A DNA stretch of 64,000 nt from an uncultured Gemmatimonadales bacterium. GTDB taxonomy: Bacteria; Gemmatimonadota; Gemmatimonadetes; Longimicrobiales; Gaopeijiaceae. The stretch spans positions 288,001 through 352,000 of the forward strand of contig CAWGKG010000010.1 in the NCBI GenBank assembly GCA_963823035.1. Direction: 5' to 3'. Positions 44,370 through 53,454 of this stretch are shown here, piece by piece. Both the position numbers and the translations under genes were made by a program. Below the pieces are notes generated by a model. It saw only the letters and a list, made by a program, of their open reading frames with translations. It did no database searches and was not told the origin of the DNA. How positions within the stretch are numbered: position 1 is the stretch's first letter; each line of letters opens with the position of its first letter.

Positions 44370-44820
44370 CTATGCGGTTTTGCGCTCCATTTGAAATACC
44401 TGCTTCGAACGCGAGCTCATCTCCCCGATCGGAACCCCACCGTGAGGCTGGACCCGCGTGACCGATCCGTCGAGGACCAGCGGATACACCCACGGATCCG
44501 TACTGCACGATTTGTACCAAGTGAGGCTCTCCGCGCTTTGGCGGGGGTGCGACCGGCTCGGTGATCGAACGCCACACCCTGTCCACGAGGGACATGCGCT
44601 CCGAAACCGAGTCGGCCCATTGGGCCAATCGGATCTGCCGGCGCTCACCCTCCGTCAGGCCCCGGACGATCCGCCGGTGACCGGGGAAGCTGTGCGAGAG
44701 CAGAAAGGCGATCGCCTCGCGCTCGGGGAGAGGCTCGACCTCGGAGCCGGACGACGGCCCGGGCGTCCGGACGCGGCGCCCATCCCTGCAATCGATGTAT
44801 CCGTCGGCCGCGATCCGCAT
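44370..44820 (-). CDS. Hypothetical protein (frameshift near 44495)
   Basis: AAGGAGG RBS before ATG; MRIAADGYIDCRDG...; C-terminus WVYPLVLDG..ERKTA in an adjacent frame. Confidence 0.65.
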
Positions 44821-44881
44821 CTTGGCCTCCTTCCTGAGCAGCTTGGGGGGTGAACTCCTGTCGACGATCGCTCTCCTCTTT

Positions 44882-44965
44882 CTCAAGGATCGTGCCGATC
44901 GGGGAGGCCCCTCCCGCTCGGTCCCTCCGTACGCCTCAAGATCTTGTTATGTAATGTCTTTACGG
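44882..44965 (-). promoter_or_regulatory. Putative sigma54 promoter with upstream IHF-like site
   Basis: CGGCACGATCCTTGA (-24/-12-like) at 44897-44883; AT-rich TAACAAGATCTTG about 45-60 nt upstream. Confidence 0.45.
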
Positions 44966-45056
44966 GAAATCGCCGCCGGATGGCCCCGGGACGCCCGGGA
45001 GCCTCCCGGGCCGCCATATGTTCCGGATGGGGAAAACTCTGCCCACCTTCATCGGC

Positions 45057-45968
45057 ATGAACTTCCATGCCGAGGACGACGAGCTGGGGGCGCACGTCTC
45101 CACGCGCGGGGGTGTGCAGAACGCCCCCGAGAGAGCCCGCGAGATCGAATCCGCTTGCCTGCAGCTCTTCACGAAGCAGCCCAACCGGTGGGCCGAGCCT
45201 GGCGTGGACGCGGCGACGGCCGAGGCCTTCCGCGCCTCCCGGGAGCTCCATGGGATCCGGGTGGCGGTCGCGCACGATTCCTATCTGATCAACCTCTCCT
45301 CGCCGGATCCCGCGCTCTGGCGGCGCTCCGTCGCCAGCTTCACCGGAGAGCTGAGCCGGTGCGCGGCTCTGGGGCTGGACTTCGTGGTCACGCACCCGGG
45401 CAACGCGACGGACGGCGACGTGGACCGAGGCATCGCGGCCAACGCCCGGGGCATCCTCGTCTCGATGGAGCAGGTGGGTGACGGACCCACGAAGGTCCTT
45501 CTCGAGCTGACGGCGGGGTCCGGTTCGTCCGTGGGAGGCTCCTTCGAGCACCTGGCGGCGATCCTCGATGCCCTCCCGACCAGCGCGCGCGGGCGCGTCG
45601 GCGTGTGCGTCGACACCTGCCACGCCTGGGCCGCCGGCTACGACCTCGTCGGGGACTACGAAGGCGTTTGGACGGAGTTCGACCGTCTGCTCGGCCGGGA
45701 TCGGCTGGGCCTTCTCCACCTCAACGACTCCAAGCACCCCATGGGCTCGCACCGCGACCGGCACGAGACCCTCGGCGAGGGAACGCTCGGAGCGGAGCCG
45801 TTCCGCAGCATCATGCGCGACGAGCGGCTGTCGGGGGTGGCGAAGATCCTGGAGACGCCCAAGGGCGACGACCCCGTCGCGGCCGACCTCGCCAACCTCC
45901 GCTTCCTGCGCGCGTTTCGCGCGCCCGGGGTCAGTCCCCCGAAACGCCGCTCAGCTCGCCGCCGGTAG
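45057..45968 (+). CDS. nfo: Endonuclease IV
   Basis: LGAHVS, QLFTK, AHDSYLINL, HPG, DTCH, HLNDSK, DRHE, ILETP. Confidence 0.95.
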   Translation: MNFHAEDDELGAHVSTRGGVQNAPERAREIESACLQLFTKQPNRWAEPGVDAATAEAFRASRELHGIRVAVAHDSYLINLSSPDPALWRRSVASFTGELSRCAALGLDFVVTHPGNATDGDVDRGIAANARGILVSMEQVGDGPTKVLLELTAGSGSSVGGSFEHLAAILDALPTSARGRVGVCVDTCHAWAAGYDLVGDYEGVWTEFDRLLGRDRLGLLHLNDSKHPMGSHRDRHETLGEGTLGAEPFRSIMRDERLSGVAKILETPKGDDPVAADLANLRFLRAFRAPGVSPPKRRSARRR

Positions 45969-46830
45969 CCGGCGCGCCGAGCATGCCGTCGTCCTCGTCG
46001 GCGATGCCCTTCACCCGGATGCGACTCCCGGGGTTCACGCCCAGGAAGGGCCGCAGGACCATCGCGATCAGCAGCACGACGCCGAACGCGCACACCAGCA
46101 GCGGACCGGTGGCCAGGTCCCAGTAGAAGGACGCGCCGATCCCGCCGATGATCGCCACCGCGCCGCTCGCCCAGGCGAGTATCAGGGCGGCCCCGAACTT
46201 GTCGGTGAAGAAGAAGGCCACCACGGCGGGAATCACGAGCGTGCTGAACACCATGAGGACGCCGGCGATCTCCACGGAGAAGGAGATGACGATCCCGAAG
46301 GAGAGGTAGAAGAGGAAGTCCCAGAGGCGGACCTTCTTCGCCTTCTCCGGATGGAAGGAGATCGTCAGGAAGTAGCGGCGGAGCGCGAAGTGGAAGATCG
46401 CGATCACCACGTAGGGCACCACCATCTTCCCGATCTGCTCCCAGCTCACCCAGATGAGCGTGCCGGTGAGCGTCTCCTTGATGTGCTCCGCGCCCTCCGG
46501 GGTCAGCCCGGCCAGGAGGATGACGGCGGCCGACGCGACCACGTACGCGATGCCGATGATCGCCTCCTGCGGTACCGCGGACCCCTCCATACGGGTGAAG
46601 CTGAAGAGGGCGGCGCCCACGAGCGTGGCTCCGAGCGCGAAGACGAGGGACATCTCGGTACCGAGCGGGATGCCCATGAGGAGGGCGACCGTGGTGCCCA
46701 GCGCCGCGATCTGCGCGAAGGCGAGGTCCACGAAGATGACCTCCCGCGCGATGACGTGGAGGCCCAGGTACGCGTGGACGGACAAGATCACCAGGGCGGC
46801 CACGATGGGCGGGATCATGAGGTCGAGCAT
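45931..46830 (-). CDS. Metal (Zn/Mn) ABC transporter permease
   Basis: YLGLHVIAREVIFVDLAFAQIAALG, EAIIGIAY, SVEIAGVLMVFSTLVIPA. Confidence 0.9.
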   Translation of the reverse strand: MLDLMIPPIVAALVILSVHAYLGLHVIAREVIFVDLAFAQIAALGTTVALLMGIPLGTEMSLVFALGATLVGAALFSFTRMEGSAVPQEAIIGIAYVVASAAVILLAGLTPEGAEHIKETLTGTLIWVSWEQIGKMVVPYVVIAIFHFALRRYFLTISFHPEKAKKVRLWDFLFYLSFGIVISFSVEIAGVLMVFSTLVIPAVVAFFFTDKFGAALILAWASGAVAIIGGIGASFYWDLATGPLLVCAFGVVLLIAMVLRPFLGVNPGSRIRVKGIADEDDGMLGAPATGGELSGVSGD

Positions 46831-46853
46831 GGCTTTTCCCTATCGCGATGGTG

Positions 46854-47895
46854 TCAACTGCCGGAGAACGCGGCCGCGAGTCCGGAGACCCACGCGTCCA
46901 CGAGCGAGAAGTAGTCGTTCATGTCCGGACGCACGCCGGGCTCCATCGGAACCTGGACGAGCTTGGCGCCGGCCCGTTTGGCCACGGTCTCGACCTTGCT
47001 CCGGTCGAAGTACGACGCCGCGAGCAGGACCTGGATGTGCTCGTTCTTCATCTTCTCGATGAGCTGCGCCACGTGGCCGGGCGTCGGCGGGATGCCGGGC
47101 TTGGCCTCCACGTAGTCGGCGCACGTCACGCCGAAGCGATCCTCGAGATAGGCCCAGTTCTTGTGATAGCAGATGATCTGCTTGCCACGGAAGGGCTCGC
47201 CCTGCTTCAGCCACCCCCCGAGCTCCTGCGCCAAGGGGGTGTCCCTCGTACTGCTGGCTCTGCAGGAACTGGAAGAGCGTGCCGTTGAACGCGAGCTGTT
47301 CGAGCGTGGCCCCCCCGAGAAGCTCCACGAGGCGGTCTCCGAACAGCTTCCGGTAGATCTTGTCCTGGAACTTCGCGAGGCCGGTCTCGAAGACGCTGGC
47401 ACGGTCGGGCGCCACGCGCTTCAGCCCGGTCGTGATGTTCCTTGCGACTTGTAGGACACGCAACGGGTCGGTCGTCAGGTGCGGGTTTCCGAAGATGTGC
47501 ACGTCGCCCGCGCTGCGGTCCGCGCTGACCGGGATGTCCAGGAGCGTGATGCCGGTATACGCCGTGATGTAGCCGCGGCCGCCCTCCAGCACCTGGGGAT
47601 TGCTGGCCCGGTCCAGGAGCGTCGGCACCCACATCTCCAGATCGAGGCCGGTGGTGATGAAGGCGTCGGCGCGGCGCAGGTCCAGCGCGAAGCTGGGTCG
47701 CGGCCGCACGAAGTGGGCATCCTCGTTGGGATTGGCGATCGAGGACACGTCCACCTCGGCGCCCCCGATCTCCTTCGCGATCTCGGCGTAGACGGGTAGC
47801 GTGGCGACCACCTTGAGAGGTGCCTGGGGAGCGGCGGTCGGGCCTCCTCCCGAAGCGGCCATGACGGCGGCGCTGAGCAGGGCAGATACGATCAT
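46854..47895 (-). CDS. Metal ABC transporter substrate-binding protein, ZnuA/TroA family (frameshift near 47240)
   Basis: EDAHFV, GLDLEMW, GDVHIFGNPH, YHKNWAY, EAKPGIPPTPGH. Confidence 0.9.
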
Positions 47896-47947
47896 CGGTT
47901 CATCTCCTCGCGGGGAGCGGGCCCGACGGGCCCGCGTCGGCGTCCCA

Positions 47948-49300
47948 TCAGTAGGTCTCGTGCTTGTGCGGCCCCATGGCGAACGTCACCTGGAGCATGA
48001 AGCGGCCGGGACGCGTGGAGTCGCGGCCCAGCAGGTCGTACTCGCCGCGGACGCGCACGAACTCGCTCTGCCACCACGTGAGCGTGGGGCTGACCAGCCA
48101 CGCGGTGTCATCCGGGTTGGCGGGGTTCTCGGTCCAGTCGAAGCGCCCGCCCGCCAGCCACTGCTGGCCCAGGCGGGTCTCGGCCATGGCGTAGAGGCCC
48201 GTGGACTTCTCGGACAGGTGCGTGCCGTCCTCGGCGACGAGTCCGTCCAGTACCATGACGCCGCCGCGGACATTCACGCCGCGGTACAGCGACCTGGCGG
48301 GCGGCCGCCATGTGAAGGAGACCTCGGCACCGTAGAGATTGCGGTCGAAGAGGTTCGTCTCGTCCTCGTAGCTCCCGTTCACCCAGCTCAGGCTGAGGTC
48401 GAGGTCCGTGGCCGGCGAGAGCACCCAGAAGGCGTTCAGGTTGCCGAGGAGGGAGAGCCTTGACGACGTCCCGAAGAGGGCCTCGTTCTCGCTCCGGGTG
48501 GCCTCCCCCGTCAGCGTGTACGTCCCCGCGCTGCCGCCGAAGGGCGCCAGCCAACGCACGGAGGCGCCGGTCTGGGCCAGCGGCTCCTCGCCGATGAAGG
48601 CGATGCTCGGCAGCGACCGGCTCTGGAACGGATACGCGTGGGAATGCCAGCGGTTGAGCTGTCCGAACTGCTGATAGAAGTGCCCGAGCTTGAGCCCGAG
48701 GCCGCCCGGGAGGCTGACCCATTCGACGTAGCCCTCCTCCACCTCGAGGCTGCCGCCCTCCTCTCCGCCACCCTCGCCGAAGGGCACGATCTCTCCCCCG
48801 GGCTGGTGCCGCGAGATGAAGGCCTTGGCCCTGGAGAACGGGTCGAGGTTCGACACCACGGACAGCTCGAACTCCCGCGGGAAGAAGTTGTTCGAGTCGG
48901 TGTTGCCCTTCACGACCTGCGCGAAGAGATCGCCGGTCAGGCTGATCTCGGGGTTGGATGCCTGCAACGAGCGCTGTCGACCCACGAACTGCTGGGTCTG
49001 CGTGGCCTCGGGGGCCGGCGGCGGCGCCTGGCCGCCCGCAGACGCGGCGGCCTGGGCGGCGGCGCGGAGCTGGGAGAGTGCGTCCTGAGCCTCTCCTTCC
49101 TCACCGGAGGCGCTCAGACGAGCCACCTCACGGCGCAGGCTGTCCACGAGGGCTCCGAGGCGGCGCAACTCCGCGCGCACGGAGTCGGCTGCCGGGGGCG
49201 GCGCGGCCTGCGCGGACGCAGGGCGGGCACACACCACGAGGGGCACGAGGAGGGCCGAGCCGGCGACGAGCAGCCGGAAACGGCGGGCAGGGATGTTCAC
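47948..49300 (-). CDS. Outer-membrane beta-barrel protein associated with metal uptake
   Basis: AGGAG RBS + GTG; signal peptide ASAQ; coiled coil; NPEISL, LDPFSR, EEGY, FGQLNRWHSH, SEFVRVR, terminal GPHKHETY. Confidence 0.8.
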   Translation of the reverse strand: MNIPARRFRLLVAGSALLVPLVVCARPASAQAAPPPAADSVRAELRRLGALVDSLRREVARLSASGEEGEAQDALSQLRAAAQAAASAGGQAPPPAPEATQTQQFVGRQRSLQASNPEISLTGDLFAQVVKGNTDSNNFFPREFELSVVSNLDPFSRAKAFISRHQPGGEIVPFGEGGGEEGGSLEVEEGYVEWVSLPGGLGLKLGHFYQQFGQLNRWHSHAYPFQSRSLPSIAFIGEEPLAQTGASVRWLAPFGGSAGTYTLTGEATRSENEALFGTSSRLSLLGNLNAFWVLSPATDLDLSLSWVNGSYEDETNLFDRNLYGAEVSFTWRPPARSLYRGVNVRGGVMVLDGLVAEDGTHLSEKSTGLYAMAETRLGQQWLAGGRFDWTENPANPDDTAWLVSPTLTWWQSEFVRVRGEYDLLGRDSTRPGRFMLQVTFAMGPHKHETY

Positions 49301-49399
49301 GGGTTCTCCTGTTCATCTGGATCGACGTCCGAAGCCGTCGGCCCGATCGACAGGGGACCGACGACAGTGGGAGGGTCGCGTCGAGCGACCTGGAGTCGT

Positions 49400-49732
49400 C
49401 TAGACGGACGGAGGCGCGCGGGTGCGGTTCCCGTTCGCCAGGATCCGCGGGTTCGAGTGCGGAAGGTCGGAGGGCCGGCTGCCGCGTTGCAAGCTGAGCA
49501 CCGGGCCGGGGAGCCCGACGCGCGAAGGAAGCGAGAGGTTGGCACCCACCTGCGTGCAGATCGTGTGATCGTGCGCGGGCGCGCACACAGACGGGTCGTG
49601 CGCGCTCTCCCACCGCTCGTGATGGTCGAGGTCCGCGCGCTCCACGAGGGGTACGGCGACGCTCAGCACCAGCATGAGCGCAGACAACCAGGCCGATATG
49701 GCCCGTCTCGTACCTCGTCCCCTCGGATTCAT
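49400..49732 (-). CDS. Upstream small exported His/Cys protein with C-terminal RAPP motif (DUF2946/CutF/CruR-like putative arrest peptide)
   Basis: MNPRGRGTRR + hydrophobic AISAWLSALMLVLSVAVPLV; HHERWESAHDPSVCAPAHDHTIC; ends RTRAPPSV-stop 100 nt before the operon. Confidence 0.75.
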   Translation of the reverse strand: MNPRGRGTRRAISAWLSALMLVLSVAVPLVERADLDHHERWESAHDPSVCAPAHDHTICTQVGANLSLPSRVGLPGPVLSLQRGSRPSDLPHSNPRILANGNRTRAPPSV

Positions 49733-49741
49733 GGCGCGGTC

Positions 49742-49770
49742 AGCGTAGGTCCTGCCTTCGAGGCTGTCAA
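49742..49770 (-). promoter_or_regulatory. Sigma70 promoter, near-leaderless, for the RAPP uORF and metal operon
   Basis: TTGACA-17nt-TACGCT, 9 nt before the ATG. Confidence 0.7.
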
Positions 49771-49916
49771 TCCGCCGAAGTCGTGCGGAGGTCGACGAGA
49801 ATACCCGTCCTTCGTGGGGAGGTTGCGGGCAGCCGTCCAGGGGGATCTCCCGACACCGGGCTCGGGGGCCCCTGCTTAGTCTATCCGGAATGGACGCATC
49901 TTCTCGCGGAGGCGAC

Positions 49917-50828
49917 ATGAGCCGGAACGAAAGCCGCGTGGCAGGAGCGATGCTGTGGGTGGTGGCGTTCATCGCGATGTTCGCGGCCGCCGGCTACCAG
50001 CGACGCACGGGGCCGACGTACGAGTTCCGCGGCCAGATCGAGGTGGCGGGTCGGAGCTGGGACTACGCGCTGCTGCGCAGCGAGGAGACCGTGCGTGACG
50101 CACGCGTCGCCGTCCCCATGCCCGGCGCGGGCGCCACGGGCGAGGTGCGGGTGCGCCGGTACCCGACGGACGATCCCTTCACCCCCGTGCAGATGCGGGA
50201 GGAAACGGTCGACGGCGTGCAGGAGCTGGCCGGGTACCTTCCGCGCCAGCCCGCGGCCGGCAAGCTCGAGTACTACGTCGAGCTGCACACGGCCGACGGA
50301 GCGCGCCGCATTCCCGAGGTGGGGGGTGCCAAGGACGGTGGCAGCACGATCGTCATGCGCTACAAGGACCCCGTCCCACTCCCGCTCCTGCTGTCGCACA
50401 TCCTCCTCATGTTCGTGTCCATGCTGATCGGCATCCGCGCGGCGTTGGGGGCGATGGTCGGGGAGGCCCGGGCCCGGCGGCTCGCCTGGGTGACGCTCGC
50501 CGGCCTCACCGTAGGCGGGATGATCCTGGGTCCGTTCGTGCAGAAGTACGCCTTCGGAGCCTTCTGGACCGGGTTCCCCTGGGGGTACGACCTCACGGAC
50601 AACAAGACGCTCCTCATGTGGCTGGCGTGGGTGATCGCGTGTGGTGTCCTGCTCGTGGGACGAGAGCGGACCGCGCCCGGGCGCGCCGCGCGCCTGGCGG
50701 TCGGCGCGGCCGCGGTCGTCATGGTGGGCGTCTACCTGATCCCGCACAGCCTCAGGGGCAGCCAGCTGGACTACGAGCAGGTGGACCAGGGCGTGGGGGC
50801 CGACGCGGCGATCCACTCGGGGCGGTAG
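49917..50828 (+). CDS. Hypothetical multi-pass membrane protein
   Basis: GGAGG RBS; N-terminal TM, soluble domain (YQRRTGPTY, QPAAGKLEY), several C-terminal TMs (QKYAFG, DLTDNKT, IPHS). Confidence 0.75.
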   Translation: MSRNESRVAGAMLWVVAFIAMFAAAGYQRRTGPTYEFRGQIEVAGRSWDYALLRSEETVRDARVAVPMPGAGATGEVRVRRYPTDDPFTPVQMREETVDGVQELAGYLPRQPAAGKLEYYVELHTADGARRIPEVGGAKDGGSTIVMRYKDPVPLPLLLSHILLMFVSMLIGIRAALGAMVGEARARRLAWVTLAGLTVGGMILGPFVQKYAFGAFWTGFPWGYDLTDNKTLLMWLAWVIACGVLLVGRERTAPGRAARLAVGAAAVVMVGVYLIPHSLRGSQLDYEQVDQGVGADAAIHSGR

Positions 50829-50890
50829 ATCCAGGGGCGGGTCCGGATGGATCCGGACGCCCTCCCGGAGGCGGAACAACGCGTCTCCCT

Positions 50891-50919
50891 TTTGTTTCCA
50901 ACCGGCCCTTGGGTATATT
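50891..50919 (+). promoter_or_regulatory. Sigma70 promoter for the ncRNA
   Basis: TTGTTT then TATATT with a 16-17 nt spacer, about 7 nt before the structured RNA. Confidence 0.6.
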
Positions 50920-50925
50920 GTCCAT

Positions 50926-51074
50926 GCGTGCCGGAGGGCTCCTTTATTGAGCCAACAGTCTTGAAGCCGGGACTGACTCCCGGGCTGGACGTCACGCCCC
51001 GTGGGGGAAGGCGGAAGGTCTGGGGAGGTCACCAGAACTACTACCCGGGCTTCAATAATACCCCTTCGGTGCGC
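50926..51074 (+). ncRNA. ssrS: Probable 6S RNA
   Basis: Rod fold by eye: GCGUGCCGGAGGG pairs with CCCUUCGGUGCGC; AUUGAGCC with GGCUUCAAU; large central bubble; UGACUCCC with GGGAGGUCA; own promoter and downstream hairpin. Confidence 0.7.
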
Positions 51075-51077
51075 AGC

Positions 51078-51112
51078 GGGAGGGCCGGCGTCGCTGGACG
51101 CCGGCCCTCTCG
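51078..51112 (+). terminator. Hairpin downstream of the putative 6S RNA
   Basis: GGGAGGGCCGGCGTC-GCTG-GACGCCGGCCCTCTC; weak U-tract. Confidence 0.55.
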
Positions 51113-51239
51113 CACTTCGGGGGGCGACTCGGGCCGTCCGGCGGGTGAGGGCGCCGCCCGGAGCGGAAACCGCGCGCGCCGGCGGGGGTAGCCCAGCGGG
51201 ATCCGAGAGAACGTCCCGGACCCTCCCAGGAGCGTCGCG

Positions 51240-51659
51240 ATGCCGACCGTACGCGCCACACGGCGGGCGCACTTTTCCGCAGCGCACCGCCTCTTCCGGC
51301 CGGATTGGACGGAGGAGCGGAATGCCGAGGTCTTCGGCGACTGCTCGAACCCGAACTGGCACGGCCACAACTACGAGGTGGACGTGACCGTCGAGGGCGA
51401 GATCGATCCGGAGACGGGCTACGTCCTGGATCTCAAGCTCCTGCGCGACGCGATCCAGGAGCGGGTCGTCGGGGACGTGGACCACCGCAACCTGAACCTC
51501 GAGGTTTCCTGGATGGAGGGGCTCAACCCCACCACCGAGAACCTCGTGGTGGCCATCTGGAAGCGCATCGAAGGGGCCTTGCCCCCGCGCATCCGGCTCG
51601 CCCGGGTGGTGCTGCACGAAACGCCACGCAACTCGGTGGAATACACCGGGCAGGAGTGA
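51240..51659 (+). CDS. 6-pyruvoyl-tetrahydropterin synthase family protein (PTPS-II-type motif)
   Basis: [18 protein letters not shown] (CX5HGH), [17 protein letters not shown]. Confidence 0.9.
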   Translation: MPTVRATRRAHFSAAHRLFRPDWTEERNAEVFGDCSNPNWHGHNYEVDVTVEGEIDPETGYVLDLKLLRDAIQERVVGDVDHRNLNLEVSWMEGLNPTTENLVVAIWKRIEGALPPRIRLARVVLHETPRNSVEYTGQE

Positions 51660-51664
51660 ACGGG

Positions 51665-52291
51665 ATGAAGGTTGGAGACGCGATGGGCGAGGTCGGGGCC
51701 GCGGTGGAGGCCGACCTCTCCGGAGTGCCCTTCGAGGCGCTGGTGGCCGAGATGATCCGCCGCTGCGGGGACGACCCCGATCGGGAGGGCATGGCCAAGA
51801 CTCCCGAACGCGTGCGGAAGTCCATGGAGTTCCTCACGCAGGGATACGGGCTCACCGCGGCCGACGCCATCGGTGGCGCCCTCTTCGAGGAGCCCCACCA
51901 CAACATGGTCCTGGTCAAGGACATCGAGATGTACTCGATGTGCGAGCACCACCTCCTCCCCTTCTTCGGGAAGGTGCACGTCGCCTACATCCCGGACGGG
52001 CGCATCATGGGGCTGTCGAAGGCCGCCCGGCTGGTGGAGGTATTCAGCCGCCGCTTCCAGGTGCAGGAGCGCCTCACCGAGCAGATCGCCCAGGCCATCT
52101 GGGACACGATCCGACCGCAGGGCGTCGCCGTGGTGATCGAGGCCTACCACCTGTGCATGATGATGCGGGGCGTCCAGAAGCAGAACTCGAAGACGATCAC
52201 TTCGGCGATGCGCGGCGCGTTCCTCGATGACCAGCGGACGCGGGACGAGTTCCTGCGCCTCACGATGAGCCCCCACCAGCCGCTGTCGTGA
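51665..52291 (+). CDS. folE: GTP cyclohydrolase I
   Basis: [41 protein letters not shown]. Confidence 0.96.
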   Translation: MKVGDAMGEVGAAVEADLSGVPFEALVAEMIRRCGDDPDREGMAKTPERVRKSMEFLTQGYGLTAADAIGGALFEEPHHNMVLVKDIEMYSMCEHHLLPFFGKVHVAYIPDGRIMGLSKAARLVEVFSRRFQVQERLTEQIAQAIWDTIRPQGVAVVIEAYHLCMMMRGVQKQNSKTITSAMRGAFLDDQRTRDEFLRLTMSPHQPLS

Positions 52292-53007
52292 CCGGATCCG
52301 ACGCCCTGCGCGGGCGCACCGCGCTGGTCACCGGCGCGAGCCGCGGCATCGGTGCGGCCGTGGCCGAGCGCCTCGCCGAGGCGGGTGCACGCGTGTGGGG
52401 GATGGCCCGCTCGGCCGACGCGCTCGCGGAGCTGTCGGCGCGCTCGGGCGTCACGGCTCTGCCGGCGGATCTGACCGACGACGCGTCGGTGTGGAGCGCC
52501 GTGGACGGCCTCCAGGACCAGCTCGGCGGACCACCCTCCATGCTCGTGCACGCGGCGGGTGTGTTCGGACTGTCGCCGATCGCGACCGAGAGCGTGAAGG
52601 CGTTCGACGCGCACTTGGCGGTCAACCTGCGGAGCGCGTTCCTCGTGGTCCGAGCGCTCCTCCCCGGGATGCTCGAGCTCGGCGAGGGCCTGATCGTGAA
52701 CGTCGGCTCGGTCGCCGGGCGCAAGGCGTTCCCGGGGAACGCGGCGTACTCTGCTTCGAAGTTCGGGCTGCGTGGGCTACACGAGGTGCTGCTCGAGGAG
52801 ATCCGCGGCACCGGCGTGCGCGCCACGCTCGTGGAGCCCGCCGCCACCGACACCTCGCTGTGGGATGCCCTGGACCCCGACAACGACCCGGGGCTTCCCG
52901 ATCGGGCCACCATGCTCTCCCCCGAGGACGTCGCCGAGGCGGTGCTCTTCGTGGCGACCCGGCCCCCGCATGTCCGTATCCCCGTTCTCCAGATCGAGCA
53001 CGCCTGA
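52288..53007 (+). CDS. SDR family oxidoreductase
   Basis: [17 protein letters not shown]-coupled to folE. Confidence 0.9.
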   Translation: MTGSDALRGRTALVTGASRGIGAAVAERLAEAGARVWGMARSADALAELSARSGVTALPADLTDDASVWSAVDGLQDQLGGPPSMLVHAAGVFGLSPIATESVKAFDAHLAVNLRSAFLVVRALLPGMLELGEGLIVNVGSVAGRKAFPGNAAYSASKFGLRGLHEVLLEEIRGTGVRATLVEPAATDTSLWDALDPDNDPGLPDRATMLSPEDVAEAVLFVATRPPHVRIPVLQIEHA

Positions 53008-53432
53008 TGTCCGAGCCCTGCGTCTACACCGTGAGCGTCCAGGCGCACTACGATTCCGCGCACTTCCTGGTGAAGTACAAGGGGAAGTGCGAGCGCCTGC
53101 ACGGCCATCGCTACGTGGTGGAGGTCGCCGTCCAGACCGCCGAGCTGAACGAGTCGGGCATCGCCTTCGACTTCGTCGACCTGAAGCGTGAGCTGCGTGG
53201 GCTGGCCGACTACCTGGACCACGAGCTCCTGAACGAGCTGCCGGAGTTCGACGGGGTGGAGACGAGCGCGGAGAACCAGGCCCGGTGGTTCTACGACGAG
53301 CTGCGCAGGCGGCTCCCGGCCGAGCTGGCCACGGGATTGCTGTACGCGCGCGTCTGGGAGACACCCACGCAGTGGGCGCAATACGGACCGGCCGGGGCAC
53401 CGCTGCCCGCCGCACGCACGCCGTCGGCCTGA
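53007..53432 (+). CDS. queD: 6-carboxytetrahydropterin synthase (QueD/PTPS family)
   Basis: YDSAHFL, GKCERLHGHRY, DFVDLK, LDHELLN, SAEN, VWETP; TGATG overlap. Confidence 0.85.
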   Translation: MSEPCVYTVSVQAHYDSAHFLVKYKGKCERLHGHRYVVEVAVQTAELNESGIAFDFVDLKRELRGLADYLDHELLNELPEFDGVETSAENQARWFYDELRRRLPAELATGLLYARVWETPTQWAQYGPAGAPLPAARTPSA

Positions 53433-53454
53433 GCGCTCGCCGGCGCCGAGCCTC

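Noticed and set aside
35942..47895. Programmed frameshifting in FNR, ClC, fumC and the metal SBP
   Set aside because: Shifts are scattered over unrelated genes with no shared slippery motif; sequencing indels are the simpler explanation
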